DNA of 64,000 nt from Felis catus (taxonomy: Eukaryota), in NCBI RefSeq assembly GCF_018350175.1, contig NC_058383.1, forward strand, positions 3,534,001-3,598,000, read 5' to 3'. Shown here piece after piece: positions 22,873-34,950 of this stretch; the first letter of the stretch is position 1, and each line of letters starts with the position of its first letter. Both the position numbers and the translations under genes were made by a program. The notes under the pieces are model-generated. The model had not been told where the DNA came from. It was given only the letters and a program-made list of their open reading frames with translations, and made no database searches.

Positions 22873-25800
22873 TCCGCCCAGTTTTAAAGACAGAACGCAG
22901 TCCCTCTCCAAACTCACGCGAGCCCATCTAGAGCGCCGAGCTGGTCATGGCAGAGGAGAGAACACCCAGTGGAACCCTGACGGGGAGATGTCGGCCGGGA
23001 GCAGTTCTGGCCCAGAAAGTGACTGAGGCAGCCAAGTGCTGGGCCTGGGCCTGAGCTGACGGCCCAGACACACCTGATGCCCAGGGCCTGGCCATGGGCC
23101 CGGAGACTGCGGTCTGGCTCCAGGACCACGGGGCACGCTGCAGAGCCCACAGAGGCCGGGCGGACACTGTGACCCGGGTGTGCGGTCGGATGATCCCGTT
23201 GGGGCTCCAGCCATCACCGGACACGCAGGAGGAGGAGAGCCGTGGGCGCCTGGGGCGAGGCGGACTGCCGTGGAGGGGAGGGGTGCGTGTGCAGGGGCCT
23301 CTCGGGGAAGCAGCCCTGCTCCGGGGGAGGAAACACAAGGTCAGCCTCAGCTTTCACTTCCTGCCGTGAAAAGCTGCCATCATAGAGATCGCCGTGCAGA
23401 GATGTTGGCGGGTCACTGCTTCCGAGGGCTTCTGGGCAGGGTGGGCTCGGGAGCTCAGGCCCCACGGCATCCTGCAGGGGGAAAGCCACCCGTCTCTTTT
23501 GCATATGGGCATCGGGCTCAGGAGGGGTCCAGCCACCAGGTCCAGGACCCTCCCCTGGCCTGACCATGGTGTCACTGGCCCCGGACAGACGCTTCTCTGC
23601 CAGGGTCCAAGAGCAAAGTCAAAACCCTGCAGAGCTTTGAGCAGCCCCTCTGGCCTTCGGGAGTTGCCCTGTGTCACAGAGGAGAGCAGGAGGGCACGCG
23701 TGTGGGGGAGCACACGAGGCAGGTCCTTGGGTGGTTACTACTCCGGTCTCTGTTTTCCATCCTGTAAAATGGGATGACCCCAGTGCCCGAAGCACCGCCC
23801 GCTCCCAAGGCCCTCCCGCTGCTGGGGGACAAGAGATGAAAGGGAAGGCCCTGGTGATGCCTGGGGGTGGGGGCTGCTCTACGACACAGCTGGGCTATTG
23901 GCAGTAGCTCAGCGGGGGCCCAGCTGGGACATTCATCCAAACCTTCAAGTCTCCTCTTGGGCCTCCTTTTCCGTTGCCTCAACTGTGGAGAGCCCAGCAC
24001 TGGTTTTCCCAGCCTCCCCATCCCCGTGGACTTGCAGACAGGCCTGGCACACCGAAGGCCCGAGGCAGAGCCGTCCCCGGGGGGTCGGGGCCGCCGGGCC
24101 GGTGCAGCCCCTGTGTCCCGGTGCCCCGGCACAGAGGCCATATGCGCTCCCAAGTCTGGCTGCTCCGTCTCCTTCCCTGTGTGAGCGCCCCGGCACCTTC
24201 CTGTGGACGTGCGCGAATTAACCTATGTGTGCCGCCTGCCCATCCACGGAGGCTGAGTGGAGCCCACACGTGCTCCCGCTCGGGACAGGCTAGGAGACCC
24301 CTCCACGCCCGCTGAGCCCTCAGACGCTCAGAGTGCACTTGTCCTCTCTGCCCCGCCGGTCCAGCCGATGTCGCAGGGTCTCTGGGCCCAGCCCTTCGGT
24401 GGGGGGCAAAATACCCCCTCCCAGCCTCCCGAGGCTTCTCCAGATCTTGCCCTTTGCATCGGGGTCCGGCAGGGGTGGCTCCAGACCGGGTCTGGGATTG
24501 CATCGGTAGCCCCCTCCTGGGGCTGGAAGCAGCGGGGACTCCAGAATTTCCACACAGGAGAGGCTTGGGGCCTGCAAGCTGGTTCAAAGGAGCTGGGACT
24601 CGTGGTTTTGGCCAGGTCACGTGTGGATCTGGTGAATGGTGTGTTTGTGCGAGGGGTTTGGGGGAGGGGGCAAGCGGGGCTCACTGCTGCATGGGTGACG
24701 CCTCCCCTGAACGAGGCCGGTGGTACCGGATGGGGCAGGCCCGGGCCGGGTCCAGCTGGCAGGGGACCTTCGCAAACAACCTCTCGGGTTCTTCCTGCTG
24801 TTCTGCCGACGGGGGACGCTGGCATGGGGCGCTGGGTGCGGGACCTCACGGTCTCAAACAAACCCTCTGTGAACACTGTTGCCAGTCTTTTAAAAGCTCT
24901 CTGGTTCTCTCCTTGGGGGAAAACGCTAGAAGCAGAACCCCTGGCTCAAAGGACATGAGCGATTTTTGCTTGGAGGAACCTAAACACACTGACACCCCGC
25001 TTAGTGGCGACCAGCATGTGGGTCTCGTGGCCTCTCTGCGTCCACGTTTAGGTCCTGCCTCGTCTGTTAGGAGAAAATCTATGTCACTGTTGTTCAGTCC
25101 TCAGGCCTGTAAGTCACTGCTCTGCCATTAACTGCCCGTGACTGTAGGCGGTGCCGTTTCGCACCGGCTTCCTGTTCTCGGGCTGATGTGTGAGGGCTCC
25201 GTTTACATTAGGGATGTCACGTTCCACCCTGCTGGTGGCCCACGCTTTCCCTTTTCTGTTGTTCGTTGCTGATTTCCCTGTGTTCCAGTTGTGTGTCAGG
25301 GCCCTGGACGTGCTGGACCACCGCTTGCATCCAGGAGCCCCGCGTCTAGCTAGACTGTCTTCCAGATTTTCACGGTTTCATTTCTCCCAGACGCCCCCTA
25401 ACGCCTCCAGAATCGGCCTTGGTGCCTGGTCAAAGTGAGCTTCTCAGGCGTCGGTTTTCGGAGACGTCGCTCCGATCCCACCATCTCCGCGTGACCTCTC
25501 CTCCCGATGCCCTGGTGCCGCCGTCCCCTCGCCCGCCCCCCCTTTATTACGTGTTCTTCCTGTTTAGAGGCGCTCGTCCTGTTTTTTGTCCTACAGAACT
25601 TCTCAGCCATTCTTAGGAACTTTGCCATCATTTTGACAAATTCTGCCGGGTTTTTGCGGAACGTGTGTCACATTCCAAACGGATATAAAAGTGCCCCGAG
25701 GAGTCACGGAGCTCACCTTCCCTCGGCAGACTTTTCTCCCCCTCGCCGCCCCCCTCCCTCCCTGGAGCGGCCGTGCCCTTGGCTGCACCCTGGGAGTCAC

Positions 25801-27763
25801 CTGGACTGGGTCCGGGCAGGGTGATCTCTGGGAGCCCTGACACCCCAGTAGCTTGTCCTCACTGTACCCACGGCAGCCAGAGTCCCAGGCCCACCTGGCT
25901 GTCCAGGCACCGCAGTTGTCCCTCTGGGAAAAGAAGGACTGGCAAGGTTCTGTCTCCAAAAGAGGGAGTCAGGACTTTCTCCTGGGCCCGCGAGAGGAAG
26001 CGCCCACGAGAGGTCAGGTCAGCAGTGCCCCATGTGGGACCTTTGAAACACGACACCTTTTGCTAAAGAGGGAAAACAGTCGGTCCCACACTGCAGTCGT
26101 TGGGTTGTTTCAGGTGCCATCGGTGGCTTTGAGCCTGTGTGTCGCGTCACAAGACTGAAGGGAATCTGGGAACGACTGCTTTGCTCCTTTTCAGAGAATG
26201 AGAGACTTAGCTGCAAACCACCTTTCTTGTCAGCTTTTAATTACTGCTGGCTGGATTGGGAGCCCAATCTCGCGGCTCCTCGCTGCTGTGGCTCCCCCTA
26301 GCGGCAGACAGAGCTGGTCTCGAACCCCAGGGGACAGGCGGAGGCTCTGAGCGCCCCTGGCCTCGGAGGGTTGTGCGGCCAAGAGTCAGCGGTACTTGTG
26401 CAGAGGTCTCGTCTCACGGGCCCACGGTATCTCGTCCTCGTGCAGCGGGATCTCCAGGTTACTACTCGTGGAACACAGGCTCACGACGGCATGGAAACCA
26501 CGGGCAGCTTCGGTGGCCGGTCTGCCAGTCGGCCAGGCCGTGTGTAGGTGGAGGCACGGCTTGCACACGGGCTGTCATGACCTGTGGCCTGGGCGTCAGC
26601 TGCGGCACGAGACCTGCCGCGCGCCGGGCAGGATCGCTGTCGTGGCTCTCAGATGAGCAGCAGGGGCTCAGAGTTCCTCACCTGGCCTGGAGGCGGCACC
26701 GTAGGCTCCTTCTCAGCCTCTGGGGCTCCCGTGATGCACAAACACCTGATGAGCCGTTGCCTCCGAGTCCAGACTGGAGAGTCCCCACCAAGGGGCCTCC
26801 CCCAGTGTCTCCGTGCCTGACGCTGGCAGACTGGGCAGATGTTGATGAGGACATTAAGAGCTTGCCCCTCCCCTCCCCAGGCGAGGGAGAGTTGCAAAGT
26901 ATGGTCCTGGCCCTCTGCCACCTCCTCCAGGCAGTCTTCAGCATCCCTTTTCCCAGGAAACCCTGTCCAGAGGCCATGAGGGGAGTGAGATGACCGAGCC
27001 AGGCAGCTGTGTTAACTATAAAGCCACTGCAAGCACACAGGGGATAGGGTACTGAGCAGGGGAGGGGAGGGCTGAGCCAGGAGGGCCGTGAGGACCAAGC
27101 CGACTGTGCAGTGAGAAGCTCCCCGGGACAGAGGGCAGGAAAGGAGTCTCCCTAGAGCCTGGGCGGGGCTGCAGTGCCTCGAGGGACACGGACTGTGTCC
27201 ACAGGTGTGAGCGAAAGCCCTTCAGCAGGGACTTGTGGAAGCCCCCAGAATCCCCATGTCCACCCCACCCTCCACACCCCTGCGTGGGTGATCCTTCCCC
27301 AACCCACCCTCATCCCATCACTTTTCTGTTTCAACCGCTCAGTGGGTCCCCGCTGTCTGTAGGGGGAAAATAAAATCTGCTCCTGAGACAGGCCCCTGGG
27401 ACCCCTCCGGCCACAGTGAGCATCTCCTGGCCCCCCAATCCCGGACGCCTCTCTCCCATGCCACGGGCTCCCTATGCAGCTCCCCGCCTTGGATTGCTGC
27501 CTTTCCTAGCAGACGTGAGGCCCAGGAGATGTTGGTAGATAAATGACATTTCTAATAACCTAATTTCCATCAATGTAGGAAGGTTATGGAGAATATTTGA
27601 ATGCCTAATGCTGTATTTGGAAAGGATCCCAAACATCGTGCAATCCGGAGTCCCAAGTCCTCGGCCAGCTTCTCGGGAGATTTGTCTGATTACCATATTG
27701 GTGATGGGTTGAGACTTCTCGGCCAAGCACCCACTCGCTCAGCAGCTCGAGAGGCCACTGAAG

Positions 27764-27897
27764 GGGGAAAGGCCCAGGCAGGCCCTGCCCTTGGGCAGCA
27801 CACACTCTGGGCAGAGAGATGGCCTGGCCTGGGGAAAGGCCCAGGCAGGCCCTGCCCTTGGGCAGCACACACTCTGGGCAGAGAGATGGCCTGGCCT
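27764..27897 (+). repeat. Perfect 67-bp tandem duplication (2 copies)
   Basis: ggggaaaggcccaggcaggccctgcccttgggcagcacacactctgggcagagagatggcctggcct at 27764 and 27831. Confidence 0.95.
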
Positions 27898-28428
27898 GTG
27901 ACCTCTGAGGGGGCGTGGCTGTTCAGGGTCAAGCCTTACTGGCTGCGTGGTCTTCATGCCTTACAGAGACTGGCGTGCTTGCTGGGTGCATAGACGACGG
28001 GTCCTCCCCTGGGGGGAGGGAGGCGTCGTCCCCACACGGTGGATTTGAAAGAGCTCCAACCCTATGTCTCTCCCCAGAGCCCGGGGCCTTGCCTGTGCCT
28101 CTCCTTCCCGGCCAAGCTCTTCCTGAATTCAAGAACCTTCTCCCTTTTGTTTGTTGTGTCACCGCTGAGCAGGGAAGCCTGCGGCACACCCAGCAGCAGA
28201 CGGGCCAGCTACGCGCGCCCCCGTGCCCCCACCACCCGCTCCGCCGCGGCACCGACGCGGGGTCTTGCTTCCTCAGGACTTGCACTTGTGCCCTCTGCCC
28301 ACTGGCTCAGGAGCATTTCTCAGACACCCTATCCTTTCTTTTAAACATCGTATCGTTTCGTTCAAAAACTTCCCCAGCGCGTATCCCTAAAAGAACTCCT
28401 TAAACACACACATATGTGCATACGTATA

Positions 28429-28430
<2 letters not shown>

Positions 28431-28476
<46 letters not shown>
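28431..28476 (+). repeat. (GT)n microsatellite
   Basis: Uninterrupted GT run. Confidence 0.97.
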
Positions 28477-28479
<3 letters not shown>

Positions 28480-29842
28480 GCCATGAAGCCATTATCAGAT
28501 CTAGAAAAATTAATAACACCTTCTTCACGTGATCAAGCATGCAGTCAGCACACAGGCTCCCGGGGGATTAGCTCCCCTCCGCCTTCGGTTCCTTCCTCCA
28601 CTTCGAGACTTAGCAGCTTCAGCCCCTTTTGCTGTTGGAAATTCTAAGGCTGCTTCCAGCTCTGCCCTTGACCTGCTCTGACTGCGGCCGTCTCCAGCTC
28701 GGTCTCGGTGGCACCCTGGCTCCCGGCTCCGCCTTGGCCCTCTCTTTGGTGCCGTTCACTCCATTCTGTAGGTCCGCTCTCTCAGGACAGTCGCCTTCCT
28801 TCCCACATCCTCAGGGGCCACACGGTTCCCGAGTCTACTCCTGTGTGTGGCCCCGGGAGCAATGCCTCCATCCATCCCCAAATCCCACGCGGCCCCTCGG
28901 GTGATGGCCTTGGTTCCTCCCAGTCCTCGATCCCCATGACCCGTCGGCCAGTCACCATTTGTTGACTCGCAGTCCCCGACATCAAAGACACTGTGTCACT
29001 TTCTCCTTTGTTGTGGCCACCGCCCTCGTTCACCTGCCTGTGGCGTCATAGCAGTCGCCCAGCCGGTCCTCACGGCCAGTGCCCTCCCCGGGTGCAGCCC
29101 TGTCATCCCCAAGAGTACGACTGTGGCCACGGTGCTCCCTGCCCGCTCACAAAGCCTTTCTGGAGAGACGTCTGATGGCTAAAACCGACTTGGCCCCATC
29201 TGACTCTTCTCTCCAGCCTTCAAGTCCTTCTCCACGAAGCCCTCCTTGCCTCTTTGCCTCTGGCCCAGGCGTGGTGGGGGCCCCCTGCATGCCCCACAGC
29301 TCACAGCCTGCAGCTCACCCTGGAGGGAGGAACGGACATCTGTATCCTGCACGAGGTGCACCTGCTGCCTGGGGACGGATGCCCCAAGTTTCATCCCGAG
29401 GCCCCAGGCCTCTCTTGTGCCTTGACCTCCCCAGCACGTGCCTTGTAGTCGTTCGGACACGGACTTCTTCAACCGGTTCCTTTGATCTGGAGCTTTGCCT
29501 AGAGGTCACCTGGCGTCGGGCACAGTGGGTCCCGGCAGTGGGACGTGGGAGGAGAGTAGGAACTGGGGGGAGACACCCCGCGACCCTGCCTGCAGTGTCC
29601 TTTGTCTTGGCTCAAACTTGCCACGTCCCAGTGGGTGTGGGGCTCAGAGGTTACCTTCATTTTGCAGGTGAGAAAAACGGAAGCACCCAAGCTTCCGGAG
29701 AATTCTCCAGGAATGCTCAGCTGGTCAGTGGTGGCAGGACACATCAGTATAGCCACCTCATCCAGGGAAGCTATTTTTCTTAGAAAACAAGGCCCTCTGG
29801 AATCAAAATCAGAACATGGGGTTTCAAAAATTGAGAAACCAC

Positions 29843-30035
29843 GGGAGCGCCCGGGTGGCTCGGCTGAGAAGCGTCCAACTTCGGCTCAGGTCGCGATCTC
29901 ACGTGAGGTTCACATCGGGCTCGCTGCTGTCGGCACGGAGCCCACTTCAGATCCTCTGTCCTCCTCTCTGTGACCCTCCCCTGTTTGTGCTCTCTCTCCC
30001 CCCCCAAAAAAAAAAAAAATTAAAAAAAAAAAAAA
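29843..30035 (+). mobile_element. CAN-SINE
   Basis: gggagcgcccgggtggctcggctgagaagcgtccaacttcggctcaggtc...CT tract, long poly(A). Confidence 0.9.
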
Positions 30036-30396
30036 GATTTATCCATTCTTTAAAAGAAATGAGAGCACCATGAATAAAGCCAGTCTCTGGCAGCCTCACC
30101 CCCTGGGGCTTCCTGCATCGTGTCACCTGCCTCTCCAGACTTCCCGGGCCCCCCGTTGCCTGCCCGGGCCCACGCGTACTTATCCGTCCCTCCACCCTCA
30201 CAGGGGTCCCCGGTGGCCAGAACCTGGTGGCTGTTCCCGATGTACCTGACGGGTCCAGGGTTACGTCACGGGGACAAGCTCGGGAGGCTGGTGGCCGGGG
30301 ACATTCCTCATTATACACGACACGACTCCTTATACATGACAAAGCTGGCAGGCGAGGACCCCCTTCCCATCCCTGCCCTTTCTGTATTGACTCAGA

Positions 30397-30602
30397 GCAG
30401 GGTCTGCAAACCAGGCCCAGGGGCCGAATCCAGCCAGTGCCCGTTTTTATATAAAGTTTTATTGAGACGCCCATTCGTTTGCTTACTGTCTGCGGCTGCT
30501 TTTGCCCTTCAGAGGCAGAGGTGAGTTGTTGCAACAGAGACCTGTGTCCCTCAAAACTTAAAATGCTGTCTGGCCCTTCACAGAAAGCTTCCCAAAGCCC
30601 TT
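30397..30602. mobile_element. MER58A-like hAT DNA transposon remnant
   Basis: cagggtctgcaaac..ggccgaatccagcc..taaagttttattg..gagttgttgcaacagagacc..tctggcccttcacagaaag. Confidence 0.8.
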
Positions 30603-31131
30603 TCCTTGGCAACACAGCCTTCTGGTTATGCAGACCCAAGTTCAAATCCAGCCCCTTCCGGGCCAAACAAATTAACCCCTTCAGGCTCGGTTTTTGAAGG
30701 TGTGACGTGAGGATAAACATCCTTCCTCTCGCTTGAGTTTGGCGAATACAGTCCGCATAGGATGCGGGCTGTGGTTTGCGTTACACAGACCGCCAGTGGT
30801 TATAATGCAGTCGTGGCCTGGCAGGGCCTGGGTCTTGCTCTGGCGGGACGGTCCCTGCGTAGGCGAGGAGAAAAGCCCAGCAACAGGTGCCAGTGCACAG
30901 CTGGCTCGTCTGAGCGGCTTTCACCCCTGCATCTCCTGCCGGCAGGTGGTGGCAGTCAGTCGGTGGCAGGTGGGGACAGCGTCGATGATGGCGGAAAGCG
31001 GGGAACGTCACTGGATGGAATCAGATGTTCGGCGCTCACCTGGATCACTGAAATAGCGGTGACAGAGCCACATTTGCGATTACGGGTTTGAAACTCTCAG
31101 GCCTCAACCTCCCTGCCTGTTGCAACAACTG

Positions 31132-31365
31132 TTTTTTATTTTTTTTTATTAAAAAAAAAGTTTTTAAAATGTTTATTTATTTTGAGAGGGAGAGAGAATG
31201 TGTGGACAGGGGAGGGGCAGAGAGAGAGAGGGAGACAGAGAATCCCACGCAGGCTCCACGCCGTCAGCACGGAGCCCGACGCAGGGCTCAAACTCAGAGA
31301 CCGTGAGATCATAACCTGAGCCAAAATTAAGAGATGCTGAACCGACCGAGCCACCCAGGCGCCCC
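31132..31365 (-). mobile_element. CAN-SINE
   Basis: T-rich tail, atgtttatttattttgagag...gagccacccaggcgcccc. Confidence 0.93.
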
Positions 31366-31882
31366 GAAGCAACTTTTTAAGCCACGGTTTTTGAAACCAG
31401 CATCTTGGGATTGCAGCTGCCACGTGATCCCAGATCAGCCCGCATCCCAAGCTGGGGAAGATTAAGTGTCCTCAGCACACCTTTGCTGCCCTGTCCCCTG
31501 CTTGAGTCCCCTGTCTGGGCCCCCCTCCTCCTTGCCACACATCCAAGCTCGCTCGGTCATGACTCAGAGCCTTCCCGATCTCACCCTCGCCCTTGCTCTG
31601 GAGGCACCGGTAGCAGAACCCCTCAAACCCCCCCAAGCTCCAGACTTCCATAGTTCCTGTGGCACGTCTATCGATCAGAAGGCCCGGAGCGGTGTTCCTC
31701 TGCACCCTCACGGTGCCAAGCCCAGAGCTGGGTCTGGACCAGTTATGAACACGTGTTGGACATAACAGGAGTTCTCGCTTGAACACCATGAAATCCCACA
31801 TGTATGAGTGGTACTACACCAGATTCGAGCCCGTCTGGCAGAGCCCAGGATGTGCAGAGTCTGGGCCTTCCTGCCTGTTGGG

Positions 31883-32380
31883 TGTATTGGTTAGCTACTG
31901 CTGCGTAACAAATTTTCCCGCGCAGCTGCTTGAAACACACCTGTGCCGCTTCACAGCGTGTGGGGTCCAGGAATCCAGGCACAGCTTAGCTGCGTCCCCC
32001 GCTTTGGGTCTCTCCCAAGGTGCCAGCCAGGGCTGCTGTCTCATCCAAAGGTTGGACTGGGAAAGGGTCCATCTGTAAGCTGGTGTAGTCGTTGGCAGGA
32101 CTGTGTCTCGTGGGCTGTTGGACGGAGGCCTTGATGAGCCTCTCCATGGGGCATCTCCCGACATGGCCGCTGGCTTCGTCAGAGCGGGTACGGGAGGGGG
32201 CAGGACAGAGGGCCGGCAGGAGGGGCACGAGCTGTGGAGAGACACAGTCTCCTGCAAGCTCGTCACGGTGCCACTGGCCACCGTGTCTGCCATGTTCCGT
32301 GGTCGGAAGCAAGTGTTCCCAAGAGGAGATTACATAAGGGAGGGTGCGGGGAGCAGAAGGTGGGTCCTCGGAGTGTCTCC
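31883..32380. mobile_element. MLT1 (E/F-like) LTR remnant
   Basis: tgtattggttagctactgctgcgtaacaaa..caggaatccaggcacagcttagctg..acatggccgctggcttc. Confidence 0.7.
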
Positions 32381-34150
32381 GTGATCCAAGGTACCGGCGT
32401 CCAGGGCTGTGGAAGGCAGAGTGCCCAGGACATGCCTGTGCAGCTCCTGGTTCGTGAGGAGGAAAGACGGACGTTTCCATGAGGAAAGACGGACGTTTAA
32501 ATGCGTCAGCACGTGGTGACGTAATTACCGACAGTCCCAGCGGGGACACAGGCCAAGCAGGACCAATGTGCCATTCGCACCCACTGGGCCATTCACCAGT
32601 CGGTGAGTGCGGGGGAATGAGCTTGGAGCGAGACACCGTGTTCAAGCCGCCTTACGGAGCGCCTCCTCCTTGCCGGCCGCTGATCTGTACCCTCTCAAGA
32701 CTTAGCTCGTTTCGTCTCTGAAACCCACTGAGTCTGGTATTTTCTCCTATTTTACAAAAGAAACTGAGGCTCGGGGAGACCGCACTGTGTCCGAGGTCCC
32801 GCAGGCTGAGCCTGGATCCTAAAACTCGCCATCCAGGGCGTTTCCCGCAACCTCCGGCCTGCAGCCTCTGTAGCCTGGAGTCCATGGCATTGATTACTTT
32901 GAAAAATAGGTTTTCTGTGACCAGTTTCCTGATTTTTCTTGTTAAGCTTCCTTAGAATTGTGTTTGTTCTGGCTCAGCAGTGAGGTGATTGGAGCAAAGA
33001 CAGACATTTGAGCTGGAGGGCGAGCGCCAGCCTGAGTGACAAGGCGCTGGGCCGAGGCGGCCGCCCCAGGACCCCAGGAACGTGGCCTTGAATCCCCTGC
33101 CCACCCCCAGGCATGGTGCTGGGAGCCGAGCTGCCCGGCTTAGAGTGTGGGGTGAGTGGAGACCTGGGGCCGGGTCCTGCTCTCTCCGGCCCCGGCCTCC
33201 CCTGCATGAATGGCAGCGACGAGCCCCCGCCTCTGCGGGCCATGAGGGTGAAGTGAGCCCAGACGCCAAGCTTCAATGCCGCCCTCAACGCCGTTGTCAC
33301 GCCCCTCATGGGCTGCTAGGATTCCAGCAGCCGTCAGGCTAGATGAGAGCACTCTACAGAAGGCTCTGCAGATTTCTGGAGACAGGGGGCTGGAGGTTGA
33401 GGAAGGGGCGATCCTCGTCTTCTCTGTTTATCACGGATTTATAAAACACCATCTTCTCACTTTGAACTGTCTGTTGCAGGCTTTTAAAAAAACTACCGTG
33501 TGATGTCGCACCGAATGGTCGTTGACAGACCCTGAGTTTCTCGAGGCAGGGCTGGCGGCCTCGTGGGGCACCGCGGGCATCGGGCTTTATGTTCGGCGAC
33601 GGCAGTGATTCCCCTGTCTTTCTCCTGTGAACTGTACCCCTGCCCAGAAGGGAGCGAAGCCTCTGTGTCTGCAGGCCCGGCTCACCTTTTGAGATTCTGC
33701 TCCTTCCCGACTTCCCTGCTCTGAGTCATTGCTCTGTCTCCAGTTCTGACTTGGCCCCCACTGAGCTGAAGAGCCATGATCTGTTTAAGCCTCCTTTATG
33801 TATTGCGAAGGCCCCGGAGGTTAGATAATTACCCCGAGCTGGAGCCTGTCTCCAGGTATCTTGGCTTAGGGGAACAGATGTGCTGGCCAAGTGTGCTGAG
33901 AAGGTAAACTACATTAGAGAATTCTGTTTCCTATTTACTTCGACAGGAAATCAGGAAGAGTGTTTGGCCAGAAAGGAGTTGATGTAATTAAAGTGAACTG
34001 AGAAATGTGTAATTTTTTTTGATTATATAAAGAAATACTTAACCTTGTTATATTAAAATGTTAACAATGATCCTCAAAGTGTCCGTTAAAAGTTTGCTCT
34101 ACCCAAATAATGAATCACTGGGTTACAAAAAATGAAAGTAGAAACCTAAC

Positions 34151-34950
34151 ATGGCCTAGCATGATCTAGCATGGCCTATCATAGCCTAGAATTATCTGGC
34201 ATGGTCTAGTATTGCCTAGTTTAACCTATCATGGCCTACCATGGCTTAGCATGATCTAGCATGGCTTAGTATAGCCTAGCATAGCCTAGCATGATCTAGC
34301 ATGGCTTAGTATAACCTAGCATGGCCTAGCATGATCTAGCATCGCCTAGTATAGCCTAGCATGGCCTAGCATGATCTAGCATGGCTTAGTATAGCCTAGC
34401 ATAGCCTAGCATGACCTAGCATAACCTAGCATAGCCTAGAATGGCCTAGCATGGCCTAGCATAGCCTAGCATGATCTAGCATAACCTAGCATAGCTTAGC
34501 ATGATCTAGCATGGCCTAGCATGATCTAGCATGGCTTAGTATAGCCTAGCATAGCCTAGCATGACCTAGCATAACCTAACATAGCCTAGAATGGCCTAGC
34601 ATGGCCTAGCATAGCCTAGCATGATCTAGCATAACCTAGCATAGCTTAGCATGGCCTAGCATGGCCTAGCATGATCTAGCATGGCTTAGTATAGCCTAGC
34701 ATAGCCTAGCATGACCTAGCATAACCTAACATAGCCTAGAATGGCCTAGCATGGCCTAGCATAGCCTAGCATGATCTAGCATAACCTAGCATAGCTTAGC
34801 ATGGCCTAGCATGGCCTAGCATGATCTAGCATGGCTTAGTATAGCCTAGCATAGCCTAGCATGACCTAGCATAACCTAGCATAGCCTAGAATGGCCTAGC
34901 ATGGCCTAGCATAACTTATCATGGCCTAGCATGGCTTAACATGGTTCAGC
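34151..34950 (+). repeat. 10-bp minisatellite (ATRRYYTAGC)x80 with 150-bp higher-order repeat
   Basis: Units atggcctagc/atagcctagc/atgatctagc stay in exact 10-bp register; the variant atagcctaga recurs at 34431, 34581, 34731, 34881. Confidence 0.97.

Noticed and set aside
34151..34950. Regular array resembling a CRISPR locus
   Set aside because: Contiguous 10-mers with no unique spacers, no cas genes, and located in a mammalian intron
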